A stretch of DNA of 57,403 nucleotides from Acidimicrobiia bacterium (GTDB lineage: Bacteria > Actinomycetota > Acidimicrobiia > Acidimicrobiales > JANYDT01), in assembly GCA_025359845.1 (NCBI GenBank), contig JANYDT010000056.1, forward strand, positions 1 through 57,403. Reading direction: 5' to 3'. The notes beneath the pieces were generated by a model. That model was not told the DNA's origin, made no database searches, and saw nothing but the letters and a program-made list of their open reading frames with translations. The first letter of the stretch is position 1. Every line of letters starts with the position of its first letter. Below, piece after piece: positions 41,189-53,556 of this stretch. The position numbers were made by a program, and so were the translations under genes.

Positions 41189-43894
41189 ATGACTGAAATC
41201 TTCCGGTTCTCGGCGTTGGGGCTGGGCGCGGGCGGACTGTATGCCCTCGCGGCCATTGGACTGGTGCTCGTGTACCGCGGCTCAGGGGTTGTGAACTTCG
41301 CGCAGGCCGCCATGGGCATGGTCGGTGCCTACGCGTTCTACGAGGCTCGGGTGGTGCGAGATATGAGAAGCCCCGTCGCGCTGTTGTTCGGTTTGGTGAT
41401 ATCGGCGGCCACCGGCGCGCTCTTCCATTTGCTGGTGATGCGCCGCATGCGGGAGGCGTCGATGTTGGCGCGAATCGTCGCTACGCTGGCGATGCTCGTG
41501 GTGCTCCAAGGCACATCAGTATTGATGTATGGCGGCCTGCCTCGAGTGGTTCCATCGATGTTGCCGGTCGGTCCGGTTAAGATATTCGGCGCGTCGATCG
41601 GAAAGGACCGGGTGTGGATCTTTGCGATCGTCATGGTGCTGACCACGATCCTTTGGTTCGTCTACCGGTTCACGACCTTCGGCGTGGCCACCTCCGCGGT
41701 GGCCGAGAACCCCCGAGCCGCGGCGGCGCTGGCCATCTCGCCCAATGTCATCGCGACCGCCAATTGGGCGGTGGGCAGTGCTCTCGGCGGATTGGCCGTG
41801 ATCCTGCTCGTGCCCATCACCGGGCTCGGGAGCGAGAACATCACACTGTTGGTGATCCCCGTTCTGGCGGCCGCCATTGTGGGTCGCCTGTCATCGTTCC
41901 CGATCACCATGCTGGCCGGACTGGCCATCGGCGTGGCCCAGTCGTTGGCGACGCGGTATTCCGAAGAACCGGGTTGGCCGACGGCGGTCCCGTTCGTCTT
42001 GGTGGGCGTCGTGCTGTTGGCCCGAGGCCGAACTGTCGTCAGCCAAGACGAACAGTTCGGTCGAATGCCGGTGCTCGGAACAGGACACATTTCGCCCGGA
42101 TTGATCGTTTTCGGGGCAACGATCACGTTGGTGTGCATCTGGCTCGTGTTCCCCGATTTGTGGTTGAACGCGTTTATGGTCCAATTGATTCTGGCGATTG
42201 TGGTGATGTCATTCGTAGTTGTCACGGGATACGCCGGACAGGTTTCGCTGGCCCAAATGACGTTCGCGGTCGTGGGTGCCCTCGGCGCATCATGGCTGAT
42301 GTTCCATCATGGGTGGCCGTTCTCGTTGGCCATCGTCGGCGCCATGGTCGTCACCATCCCGACGGGCGTGCTGATCGGCTTGGCCGGCCTGCGCACCCGC
42401 GGCATGAACCTGGCCATCGTCACCCTCGGTTTCGCCGTCGCCTTCCAGGCGGTGGTGCTCGGCATCCGACGATATTTGCGCCCTTTGTTCGGGTTTCGCG
42501 GTGCGAGTCTCAAGTTTCTGGGCATCGAGGTCGCGGCGCCGGAGCACGTGAAGCGCTACGCCACGCTGGCCCTTGTCCTCTTGGTAATCGTTGGTATGGC
42601 CGTATCCAATCTCCGGCGAGGACGGGCCGGCCGTCGGCTCATCGCCGTGCGCACCAACGAGCGCGCCGCCGCCGCGCTCGGCGTGTCGGTCCTCGGCGCC
42701 AAACTCTATGCTTTCATTCTGGGAGGCGCCATTGCGGGGTTGGGTGGGGTGCTGCTCGCGTTCCGGACACCTTTCCTTTCGATCGGTGGTTTTGGAAGCT
42801 TCCAGTCGATGCTGTCGATCCAATACGCAGTGCTGGGCGGAGTGGGGACCGTGACGGGTCCGGTGATCGGCAGCGGGCTCTACCCCGAGGCCCTTGGCCC
42901 CCGCCTGTTCGCGTTCCTCGGCGGTGACGCAGCAGTGACCCTGACCGTGCTCGGCAATCTCGCCTTGCTGGTCATGCTGACCGTCGCCCCCGACGGCGTT
43001 TCGGATTGGTTGCGAAGGCGCAATCAATGGTGGTTATCGCGCCTACGAAACGCTCTACCCAAGCGACGCCGGGTGGACCTGTTAACGCAACCCGTGCTTG
43101 TAGATCTCGCCGTCGTTGCCCCCATTGTGCTCGACGTCGAGCACTTGACAGTTCGTTTCGGAGGGACTGTCGCCCTCGACGATCTCACCATGGTCGTGAA
43201 CCCTGGTGAAGTGGTCGGCCTCATAGGTCCGAATGGAGCCGGCAAGACCACCGCCATCGAGGCGATCACCGGATTCGTCACGCCTAGCTGCGGCACAGTC
43301 AAGCTGAGCGGAGTATCCATCGAGCGTTGGGGCGCGGAACGGCGAGCGCGAGGGGGATTGTCGCGGTCGTTCCAGTCGCTCGAGTTGTTCGACGATCTCA
43401 CCGTGCTCGAGAACATTCAGGCGGCGTCCGACAGCCGCGACGCAGCCGCCTACGTGACCGATCTGGTCAAGCCCGGTCGCGGCGCGCTCACTGATGTTGC
43501 TCGCATGGTGATCGCCGAGTTCGGCTTCGATGCCGAGATCCACACGAGGGTGCGAGATCTTTCCTACGCGTCCCGGCGCATGTTGGCGGTGGCGCGAGCG
43601 GTGGCCGGTGGCCAGTCGGTGCTGCTGCTCGATGAACCAGCGGCCGGCCTCGACCGGCCTCAGACCGAATATCTCAGTGCCGTCATTCGCCGTCTGGCGA
43701 TCAAACGCGGTATCGCCGTATTGCTGGTGGAGCACAACGTCGAGATGGTGCTGCGCACGTGTGATCGGGTCTACGCGCTCGACTTCGGTCGGCTCATCGG
43801 TCACGGCTCCCCGGCCGAGATCCGGGCCAACCCCGCGGTGGTGACCGCGTACCTCGGATCGCCTATGAGTCGCGCTGCGGCGGCGGCCTCGTAG
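41189..43894 (+). CDS. Fused branched-chain amino acid ABC permease (LivH+LivM)-ATPase (LivG), intact
   Basis: GLVLVYRGSGVVNFAQ, TGYAGQVSLAQ, GPNGAGKTT, LLDEPAAGL, LVEHN. Confidence 0.92.
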   Translation: MTEIFRFSALGLGAGGLYALAAIGLVLVYRGSGVVNFAQAAMGMVGAYAFYEARVVRDMRSPVALLFGLVISAATGALFHLLVMRRMREASMLARIVATLAMLVVLQGTSVLMYGGLPRVVPSMLPVGPVKIFGASIGKDRVWIFAIVMVLTTILWFVYRFTTFGVATSAVAENPRAAAALAISPNVIATANWAVGSALGGLAVILLVPITGLGSENITLLVIPVLAAAIVGRLSSFPITMLAGLAIGVAQSLATRYSEEPGWPTAVPFVLVGVVLLARGRTVVSQDEQFGRMPVLGTGHISPGLIVFGATITLVCIWLVFPDLWLNAFMVQLILAIVVMSFVVVTGYAGQVSLAQMTFAVVGALGASWLMFHHGWPFSLAIVGAMVVTIPTGVLIGLAGLRTRGMNLAIVTLGFAVAFQAVVLGIRRYLRPLFGFRGASLKFLGIEVAAPEHVKRYATLALVLLVIVGMAVSNLRRGRAGRRLIAVRTNERAAAALGVSVLGAKLYAFILGGAIAGLGGVLLAFRTPFLSIGGFGSFQSMLSIQYAVLGGVGTVTGPVIGSGLYPEALGPRLFAFLGGDAAVTLTVLGNLALLVMLTVAPDGVSDWLRRRNQWWLSRLRNALPKRRRVDLLTQPVLVDLAVVAPIVLDVEHLTVRFGGTVALDDLTMVVNPGEVVGLIGPNGAGKTTAIEAITGFVTPSCGTVKLSGVSIERWGAERRARGGLSRSFQSLELFDDLTVLENIQAASDSRDAAAYVTDLVKPGRGALTDVARMVIAEFGFDAEIHTRVRDLSYASRRMLAVARAVAGGQSVLLLDEPAAGLDRPQTEYLSAVIRRLAIKRGIAVLLVEHNVEMVLRTCDRVYALDFGRLIGHGSPAEIRANPAVVTAYLGSPMSRAAAAAS

Positions 43895-43934
43895 CTGTCA
43901 GTCTCATAGGTCAACGGGGATCCCTCGCCGTCGC

Positions 43935-45333
43935 TTATGAAACTGTCGGATGCTCAAAGCGCGGATACGCGGCCTGAAAGGCGTTGGCGACGCGGAGGAT
44001 TTTCGCCTCGCGGCCGGGGAGGCCGACGATCTGCAACCCGATCGGGAGGCCGTCGACGAACCCGCACGGTACCGACAGGGCTGGGAATCCGAGCCAATTA
44101 AACATGTGCGTATGGCTCGTGTACACCGGCGCGAAGGTGCTGTGCGGCGCGAACGTATGGCCCTTGCTTATCCAGGCGGCATCCCATTCCTCGACGGGAC
44201 GGGCGAGCAGTTGCGACGTTGCGCTGAGTAGGACATCGTGGGTGGCGAACAGCTTGCGGAAGCGCAGCCAATTGCGTTGCCTCGTGTCGAGCGCCGCGTT
44301 CCAGACTTCGGGCTCGGGTGGACCCCCGGGCGCACCACCCGTCGGGTACAGGTAGCAACTGGCGAAGAACCCGGGAAAGAAGTCCTCCCACACCTCCTCG
44401 GTCGCCTCGACATTGGCGCCCAGCATCGTGAACCCCAGGGCCGCGTCGCGCACCGCAGCGATCACGCGCGGGCTCTCATCTTGCGCGTACATTTGGGTGA
44501 AGCCGTAGTCGTCACTCCACGCCATCCGCATGCCGTCCACGCCTTCGTCGATGTGCGCGAGATAGTCATCAGGCGCCAATTGCTGGCAGGTGAAGTCGCG
44601 ACCATCCGGTCCGGCCATCGCTTGCAGCGTGATGGCGGCGTCGGTCACATACCGGCAAAGCGGTCCCATGGTCATCATCATCGGTGAGTGCACGGGCACG
44701 TCGTAGTTCACCCACGGGATGAGGTTCGGCGTCGGATGCATGCCGACGACCCCCGAATAGGCCGCGGGGAGCCGGGTCGAACCGCCGCCGTCGGTGCCTA
44801 TGGCAATGGGCACCAGTCGGGCCGCGGTGGCAGAGGCGCCACCCGAACTCGACCAGCCCGGCACCCGCGAGGTATCCCACGGGTTGCGAGCTTCGACGTC
44901 CCAGGTTGAACCCTGCGAACACGCCCGGCGAGGATTGCGACAAGTCGGTCGCGCCGCTCATCATCATCGTGTTCGTGCCAAACAAGATGGCCCCCGCTTG
45001 GCGCAGCCGTTCGACACCGAGCGCGTCCCGCTTGGCCATCGGCGACCCTGTCGCCCCCATCTGCGGCATCTCGGCCACGGCGATGTGTTCCTTCACAGAT
45101 ACGGGGATGCCGTGCAGGGTTCCGAGTTCATCGCCTCGGCGGACGGCTTCGTCGGCCCGTTTGGCCTGTGCACGGGCGCCGATTACGTCGAGATTGCGGA
45201 ACGTCTTGAGCTGTGGATCGAGCTGTTCGATCCGACCCAGAAAGTGCTCGGTCACCTCGACCGAAGAGACATCGGCCTTTCCGATCAGCTCGCGGATCTT
45301 CCACGCCGGCATCCACGTCAACTCTTCTGACAT
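43935..45333 (-). pseudogene. Amidase-signature family enzyme with a one-base frameshift near 44905
   Basis: LHGIPVSVKE in one frame; RNPWD..PGWSSSG, IGTDGGGSTRLPAA, GLPIGLQIVG in the other. Extra C in TTC AAC C TGG GAC. Confidence 0.85.
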
Positions 45334-45508
45334 CAGGTTCCCCTTTGTTCATCGCTGTTGAACGCACACTGTAGCAAACGATTGCCGGGTGCGGGCCGGC
45401 CCCTCACCCGATGAAACGTCCGGGGTTGAACGGCGTTGGAGTGGCGGGCTACTGTCGCGACGATCCGCGGTACAAGATCCGGCTCGAGGCCGGGAAAAGG
45501 AGGGTGTC

Positions 45509-45849
45509 ATGGCAACATGGTTCGAGGAGTATCTCGACGCATGGAAAGCTGAAGACGTCGACAAGGTCATGGCCTGGTTCACCGACGACGTCGTGTTCGA
45601 AGACACGACCGCTGGGCACAAGGCAACGGGGGCGGTGCAAATGACCAAATTCGTCCGCGGTTCGTTCAAGGCGGTGCCCGGCGCGTCCTTCGAGTTCGTG
45701 AAAGGGTGGACATCGGCGACGACTACTACTGCGAGTGGATCATGCAACCGATGGGCGTCCGGGGCGTCTCGGTGGGAACTCGCCGCGACGCCAAGATCTG
45801 TGCCAACCGCGACTACTGGGACGGCAAGAAGTACACGATCGGCCAATGA
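45509..45849 (+). pseudogene. NTF2/SnoaL-like protein with a frameshift near 45705
   Basis: YLDAWKAEDVD..FTDDVVFED; the shifted frame gives DIGDDYYCEWIMQPMGVRGVSV..KICANRDYWD; AGGAGG RBS. Confidence 0.75.
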
Positions 45850-45918
45850 CCCGCGGCCTTGATCCGCCGCACTGCTCACGGGCACCGACCTGTCGGCACT
45901 GACTTGAAGGAGAAGCAC

Positions 45919-47280
45919 GTGGAAGAGCCGATCATTATCGTCTCCGCCGACGACCACACAGGCGGCCCGCCCGAGATCTACCGCGACTACATCGAGTCCA
46001 AGTACCTCGGTGCCCTCGACGCGTTGACGGCCGAGAACGATGAGTGGGTCGGCATCACCACGTCCGCAGGGGGCACAGCCAAGGGTCACCCGTCGGAGGT
46101 ATTGGAGGTCATCGACGAGCGCAACGCCATACGCACCGACGGCGAACTCGGGGCGTGGGACATGGCTCGTCGGCTCAGAGAACTCGACGCCGAGGGTGTG
46201 GCCGGCGAGCTGCTCCTGTCCGGTCACCAGTGCTCGACGCTGCCCTTCTTCGGAACTGTCAACCATCCGCACTCACCGGAGCTGCGAGCGGCCGGTACCC
46301 GGGCTTATCACCGTTGGTTGGCCGACTGCATCACGGCCAGTCACGGTCGGCTGTTCGGTGTCGCGGAGCCCGGCCCGTGCCTCGACATGGACGAGACGGT
46401 GAAGGAACTGCGATGGGTGGCCCACCATGGTTTCGTCGGGGTGCTCGCGCCGGGCATGGTGTTCGACGAGGCTCTCCCGTCCTTCCAGAACCCTTACTAC
46501 GAGCCGTTTTGGACGGCTTGCGCGGAGACTCGTCTGGTGGTCACGATGCATGCCGGGTGGGGCGGGGTGCAGGGCCAGTTTCAGAAGTTCCTCGAGTTCA
46601 GCAAGCAACACATGGGCGCCGAAATCGATCAGGAAGCGGTCCGCAAGTTGCTCGACACCCGAGATGATTCACCGATCAGGCTCACACTGGGCCCACGCCG
46701 TTCCTTGTGGCAACTGATGCTCGGAGGTGTGTTCGACCGCCATCCCGAATTGCGTTTGATGCTGACCGAGGTAAGGGCCGACTGGTTGCCGGCGACTCTC
46801 GCTCATCTCGATCGCCGCTTCGATGAGCTCGGGTCACCAATGCGGCGACGGCCGAGCGAATATTTCGCCTCGAATTGTGGTATCGCACCGTCGTCGCCGC
46901 ATAGGGCGGAGGTCGAGATGCGCCACGAGATCGGCGTCGAGCGGTTTCTGTTCGGTGTCGACTACCCGCACCCCGAGGGCACTTGGCCCAACACTTACGA
47001 CTGGATTCGCGATGCGTTTGCCGGCGTGCCCGAGCACGAGGCGCGTCAGATTCTGGGTGAGAACGCCATCGCCTTCTACGGGCTCGACCGCGCTGCCCTG
47101 GTCGCCGCCGCCCGGCGGATCGGCCCGAAGCCGAGCGAGTTGCTCGGCCGCCACGACGTAGATCCCCGTAAGATCGAGCACTTCCACAAACGGTCGGGGT
47201 ACAGCCGTCCGGCGGAAGAGATCGACACCGACGCGATAGACCGAGCCCTTGAGCAGGATCTCGCTCTTGGTGTGAAATAG
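45919..47280 (+). CDS. Amidohydrolase family protein (Amidohydro_2-like)
   Basis: IVSADDH, RAYHRWLAD, YEPFW..C, MHAG, GVFDRHPEL..TE, FGVDYPHPEGTWP; AAGGAG RBS. Confidence 0.92.
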   Translation: MEEPIIIVSADDHTGGPPEIYRDYIESKYLGALDALTAENDEWVGITTSAGGTAKGHPSEVLEVIDERNAIRTDGELGAWDMARRLRELDAEGVAGELLLSGHQCSTLPFFGTVNHPHSPELRAAGTRAYHRWLADCITASHGRLFGVAEPGPCLDMDETVKELRWVAHHGFVGVLAPGMVFDEALPSFQNPYYEPFWTACAETRLVVTMHAGWGGVQGQFQKFLEFSKQHMGAEIDQEAVRKLLDTRDDSPIRLTLGPRRSLWQLMLGGVFDRHPELRLMLTEVRADWLPATLAHLDRRFDELGSPMRRRPSEYFASNCGIAPSSPHRAEVEMRHEIGVERFLFGVDYPHPEGTWPNTYDWIRDAFAGVPEHEARQILGENAIAFYGLDRAALVAAARRIGPKPSELLGRHDVDPRKIEHFHKRSGYSRPAEEIDTDAIDRALEQDLALGVK

Positions 47281-47330
47281 CCGGTCGGCGGGTCGCCGCC
47301 TCGCTGGGACCGGGGCCGAGCCGTTGAGCG

Positions 47331-48116
47331 TCAGCGGTGGATCAGCAGGTTTTCTTGGGCCAGTACGGCGCCGAGTCGTCCGCTCTCGTTGCGCATCGTG
47401 CCGTCGTAGAGCCCGCGGATGCTGGTGGCCTTCTTGGGCCACATGTGGAGCAGAACCCATTCGTCGGCGCGAATCGGTTCGTGAAACCACATGGCGTGGT
47501 CAAGGCTCGGACCGCCGTTGCCCACTTTTCCCGTCATGCGACCGAAGCCCGATCCAAGATCGGATAGGTAAGTCAGGGCGCATGCATGGGTGAGCGAATC
47601 GGCTGGCAAGGGACTCGCAGCTCGCGTCCAGACGCAATCCGTGAAGAGTTGGCGTCCGTCGACGACCTCGCTGATGGTGACCTCGCGAACTTCCACGAGC
47701 CGATCGATCGCGTACGGAGGGCATTTGTCCGGTGGTGCTACTTCGCTCGGTGGCATGGCGTCGAGCGTCGAAACGGCGTCGGTGCTGTGAAACGACGCCA
47801 ACATCGAGAAGATCACCTCCCCGTCTTGTATCGCGGACACGTGGCGGGCCGAGAACGAGCGGCCGTCGCGGTCGCGGTCGACATGCAAGATGACCGGGCG
47901 GTCGGTCAGCCCTGGCCGAAGAAAGTAGCCGTGCAAGGAGTGCGGGAGCCGCTCGGGTTCGACGGTGAGCCCAGCCGCCATGAGCGCTTGACCGGCGACC
48001 TGACCGCCGTAGAGGGCCTTGCGGTCCGAAGCCGAGGAAGGGATGGTGCCGCGGTACAGGTTGCGGTCGATCTGCTCGAGGGCGAGCACGGCGGCGAGGT
48101 CATCGGAAGCGGTCAC
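47331..48116 (-). CDS. tesB: Acyl-CoA thioesterase II-like protein
   Basis: YGGQVAGQAL, PHSLHGYFLRPG, RDGRSFSAR, YLSD, SLDHAMWFH, QE. Confidence 0.8.
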   Translation of the reverse strand: MTASDDLAAVLALEQIDRNLYRGTIPSSASDRKALYGGQVAGQALMAAGLTVEPERLPHSLHGYFLRPGLTDRPVILHVDRDRDGRSFSARHVSAIQDGEVIFSMLASFHSTDAVSTLDAMPPSEVAPPDKCPPYAIDRLVEVREVTISEVVDGRQLFTDCVWTRAASPLPADSLTHACALTYLSDLGSGFGRMTGKVGNGGPSLDHAMWFHEPIRADEWVLLHMWPKKATSIRGLYDGTMRNESGRLGAVLAQENLLIHR

Positions 48117-49619
48117 GACCCATCCTCTCGCGTCGGTAGCGGCTTCGGCGGCCTTTACGTAGCAGTGGGGCGCGTCCGTGCGCGTCCTTCCTGCTACATG
48201 AACGGCGGCGGTCTGCTCCGCGTCCGGCGGCTACGAGGCCGGCGAGGTCGCGTTCAAAGGCTTGCCCCACCTCGTTGGCATCAACCGGTTCGGCCGCTCG
48301 GTTGAATCCGGCCCGCTTGTCGAAATGCTCGACGAGGCTTGGCGCGACGGTGTGCGTTTGCACCAGCACTTCTGAAGCGGACGGACCGATGCGGTCAGAG
48401 ACCTCGCTCAGATGGGTCCGGTCGAGGCTATAGAAATCGATAGCGTTCTCGCCGAGGATCATGCGCGCATCGGGCTCAGAAACACCTGCAAACGCTACCT
48501 GGATCCATGCTTTGGTGTTCGGCCACGTGCCCTCGTGATGCGGATAGTCCATCCCGAACATCATCTTGTGGACGCCGATCTCGTTGCGCATCGCCACCTC
48601 CGCCAAGTGGATGGACGAAGGCGACACCGCACAGTGCCGCTCGAAGTATTCGCTCGGCGTCATCGACATCGACGACTTCATCTGTGTCGCGAGTTGGTCG
48701 AGAGTCGACAGCATGGTCGGCACCCAGTCAGCTCGGATTTCGGTAGTGCCAGCTTCAAGGTGCGATGGTGGTCGAACGCGCCGCCGAGCATCAACTGCCA
48801 CATGACTTGGCGGGGCCCGATCTCGAGCCGGAAAGGCGACTCCTCCGACGAGTCGAGTTGCTGGCGCAGCATCGTCTGAATCTGTCGTTGATCCATCTCG
48901 CGGATATTGCCCAACGACTTGGCCATGAGATCGAAGAAGGCATAAACCATCCCCTGCGGCTGACCCCAGCCGGCGTGGACCGAGAGGACGAGACCGAGAT
49001 CGGCACAAGCCGCCCAATAGGGCTCGTAATAGGAGTCATACAGCGGGGGCAGCGCGGAGTCGGCGACGATGCCGGGCACGCCGACCGACACGAAGCCGTT
49101 GGCGGCCAGCCACTCCAATTCCTTGACCTAGGCTGCGATGTCGTGACACGGACCGGGCTCGGCCACGCCTACGAGGCGGCCGCCGGACGCAGCCATGAAG
49201 TCGGCGAGCCATCGGTGGTAGGCCCGAACCCCGGCCCAGCGCAACTCGGCTGGGTGTTTGCGGTTGGCTACGCCGTACCAAAGCGGCGGGGCCGCCTGGG
49301 TGCCGGAATGCACGATCTTACTTGCGCAACCCTCGGCGTCCATCTGCCGTAGACGGACTGCGATGTCATATGAACCCGCCTCCCCGCCGTCGGCCATGGC
49401 GCCGCGATCGTCGAAGACGGCGGCGGCTTCGGGCTTCGGGTGGGCCGGTCCGGCGATCCGTTCCTTGTATTCGAGTTCCTCCCCCAGCAGAGCATCGAGG
49501 GCGGCGTGATACTTCGACTCGAGGTAAGGCCGGTAGGTCTCCAGGGGTCCGGCGGCGTGGCCGTCGCCGGACACCACAATTAGTCGATTGCCCAAAGCAG
49601 CACGCTCCGGTTCGATCAT
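48100..49619 (-). pseudogene. Second amidohydrolase paralog with an in-frame TAG (49128-49130) and a frameshift near 48745
   Basis: IVVSGDGH, RAYHRWLAD, GVAEPGPC, YEPYWAAC, TEIRADW, FGMDYPHHEGTWP are spread over three ORFs. Confidence 0.85.
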
Positions 49620-49690
49620 GCGGCTACGGTGCAGTCGCGTCGATGCCAATCGTAGATCAACAGCGTTTAATTCGCAATGAAAGGCTCGTT

Positions 49691-49856
49691 TAGTGGACGC
49701 TCGCGAAAGTTCCAACGCCATCTCGGCGGCCCTCGCCGCCGAATGGCTTCGTCCTCGTCCTAGCGGTTGGGTCCGGCAAGCGCGTCGTCCTGCGTCCTCG
49801 CCCTCGACGCCCAGGACTCGCCAATACGGCACCGTTACTTCCGCGAGCGCCCACTA
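49691..49856. mobile_element. 166-bp TA-flanked MITE-like element with 20-bp terminal inverted repeats resembling the IS630 end
   Basis: Left end TAGTGGACGCTCGCGAAAGT; right end reverse complement TAGTGGGCGCTCGCGGAAGT (18/20). Confidence 0.65.
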
Positions 49857-49946
49857 GTGTCGGCCGGCAAGGAGGCCGCGCTGGCGCCTGCGACCCCAAC
49901 AGCACGAGCTCTCCGGTCGCGGTTCGAAGGATTTCTGGAGGATGCA

Positions 49947-51340
49947 AAGACGATCAAAATCACCGGTCCGATTCACGGCGGGACACATGGCTGGCCCTAC
50001 GCGGCAGCCATCGTCGACCTGGCCGACCAAGGGTATATCGAGGAGGAGTATTTCTTCGAAGGAGCCGCGCCTTCCTATCGACCGGTGGGTGACTTCGGCA
50101 TCGACGGCCGATGGACGGCCGAACGCGCGGGCGAGACGGTGTTCAAAACTCGCGCCGTCGTGCGCCGCCCCCGCGATCCGGCCGCTTCAACGGCACTGTC
50201 ATAGTCGAGTGGAACAACGTGTCGGCCGGCTCCGAGATCTTTGAAGGCGGCGACACGGCGGTGATCTTCGATGAGGGCTTCGCGTACGTTGGAGTCAGCG
50301 CGCAGCGAGTCGGTGTCCACGGGTTCGATGCCTACCCCCAAGGCCTGCGGGCGTGGGACCCCGAACGCTACGAGAGCCTCCACATACAAGACGATTCGTT
50401 GTCGTACGGCATCTTCACCCGGGTCGCGCAGGCGTTTGCGACCGGGCGTCCGAGGGCACCGATCGATCCCCTCGGCGGTCTCGAAGTTCGTACACTCCTG
50501 GCCATCGGCGGCTCGCAGTCAGCCAGTCGCCGTGTCACCTACATCAACGCGGTTCAGCCGGTTGAGCGCGTGTTCGGCGGATTCGTGGCGTTCACGTGGT
50601 TCGGGAGCGGCTCCAGCCTCGACGACCCGTCGCCGATCGACCTCAACGCCGGCGGTCTCGCCGCCCTCGCGAGATACCCGACGCGGATACGAGACGATCT
50701 CGACGTGCCCGTCATCGTGGTCAACTCCGAGTGCGAGACGCTGTCGTGCGCCCCGGTCCGCCAACCCGACACCGACCGATTTCGCTTTTGGGAAGTGGCC
50801 GGGGCTCCGCACGGACCCCGCCTCCACATGGAACGCATTGCGGGGAAGATGAAACGCGACGGCGCAAGTCTGCCTGGCGAGTTCGACTGGGACTCCCTTG
50901 GCCCGGTTCCGTGGGCGCCCGTCCTCGACGCCGCTATCGCCCATCTCCAAGCCTGGAGCAAGGGTGGCCCGCCTCCGCCCAGCCAACCGCTCATCGAACT
51001 CGAAGGCGAGCCTCTGCGAATCGGCCGAGACGCCGACGGCAACGCGCGCGGCGGGGTGCGCGTCCCGGAGCAGCAAGTCACGCTCTCTCGCAACATCGGC
51101 GCGTTTGAGGAGCCGGGCGCGGCCGGCCTTATGGGATCATGGTCGCCTCTTGCGGTCGAGGTTCTAAGGGCTCGGTATCGCGATCAGGCTGAGTTCATCA
51201 CCCAGTTCGAGTCGGCCGCTCGGGCCGCGGTCGCCGGTGGTGTTCTACGGCCGCGCGATGCCGCCGACTCGATCGAACGGGCCAAGGAGAGGGCCCAGGA
51301 CTCGCCAGAAACGCGCAACTTATTACGGGGCAGACCCTAA
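49947..51340 (+). pseudogene. Alpha/beta hydrolase domain protein with a frameshift near 50182 and a probably mutated start codon (ATG to AAG)
   Basis: GYIEEEYFFEG.A..KTR.VVRRP.DP then, in another frame, RFNGTVIVEWNNVS, G.SQSA, RDADGNARGGVR.P. GGAGG lies just upstream of AAG ACG ATC. Confidence 0.75.
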
Positions 51341-51358
51341 CCATCCAGAATTACGCGA

Positions 51359-51384
51359 AACGGGCGCCCTCGCGGGCGCCCGTT
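51359..51384. terminator. Intrinsic terminator hairpin downstream of groEL (between convergent genes)
   Basis: aacgggcgccc-tcgc-gggcgcccgtt perfect 11-bp stem. Confidence 0.8.
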
Positions 51385-51402
51385 GCAAAACTTGTTGGCG
51401 AC

Positions 51403-53049
<1,647 letters not shown>

Positions 53050-53076
53050 TTAGCACTCTTAGTGGACGAGTGCCAA
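53050..53076. promoter_or_regulatory. CIRCE operator 1 (HrcA site)
   Basis: TTAGCACTC-N9-GAGTGCCAA upstream of groEL. Confidence 0.95.
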
Positions 53077-53098
53077 CATACACGCACTTCGGGGGGTG

Positions 53099-53125
53099 TT
53101 GGCAATCTCGACCCGAGAGTGCCAA
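53099..53125. promoter_or_regulatory. CIRCE operator 2
   Basis: TTGGCAATC-N9-GAGTGCCAA. Confidence 0.85.
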
Positions 53126-53137
53126 CTTCGCTCTCTT

Positions 53138-53515
53138 TTAGCCCTTCGCGGCGAGGCGGACCCGGGCGTTGGCTGAGCGTTCGATGAGGTAGTCGGGCAC
53201 ACCGAACGCGTTGGATGAGGTCTTCGCGCCGCCGTCACCGGCCGCCGCCTCTGCCGAACCGGCGCCGGCCCCGGCGGTTTTGGCGCCGCCTGACGCCTTC
53301 TCGAGCAGTTCCTCGGGGGTGGAGAGCTTGCCGCGCCCGATCTGGCCCAGCCGAGGGCCGCTGTCGAAATGCACCCAATACCGGATCCACTGGAGTCCGT
53401 TCACGAACACGACCTTGCCGGTCGAACCGGAGGGCATGGATGTGATGTCTTCGGTTAGCACCACTCGGGTGCCCACCTTCAGCAGATCGGATGCAGGAGC
53501 GGTTTTGGCGGCCAT
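53138..53515 (-). CDS. Small hypothetical protein (SH3/KOW-like beta-rich N domain)
   Basis: LKVGTRVVL.EDI..MP.GS.GKV..VNG..WIRYWVHFDSG. The 5' extension of the called ORF overlaps the tRNA and is spurious. Confidence 0.7.
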   Translation of the reverse strand: MAAKTAPASDLLKVGTRVVLTEDITSMPSGSTGKVVFVNGLQWIRYWVHFDSGPRLGQIGRGKLSTPEELLEKASGGAKTAGAGAGSAEAAAGDGGAKTSSNAFGVPDYLIERSANARVRLAAKG

Positions 53516-53556
53516 CGGAATCGGGAGCGTAGTTGACCGCTTGACGAGGACGGCAA

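Noticed and set aside
51293-51339. 15-bp match (gcccaggactcgcca) to the inside of the 49691-49856 element plus a TA-ended IS-like end
   Set aside because: A single short GC-rich match with no partner inverted repeat; chance cannot be excluded.
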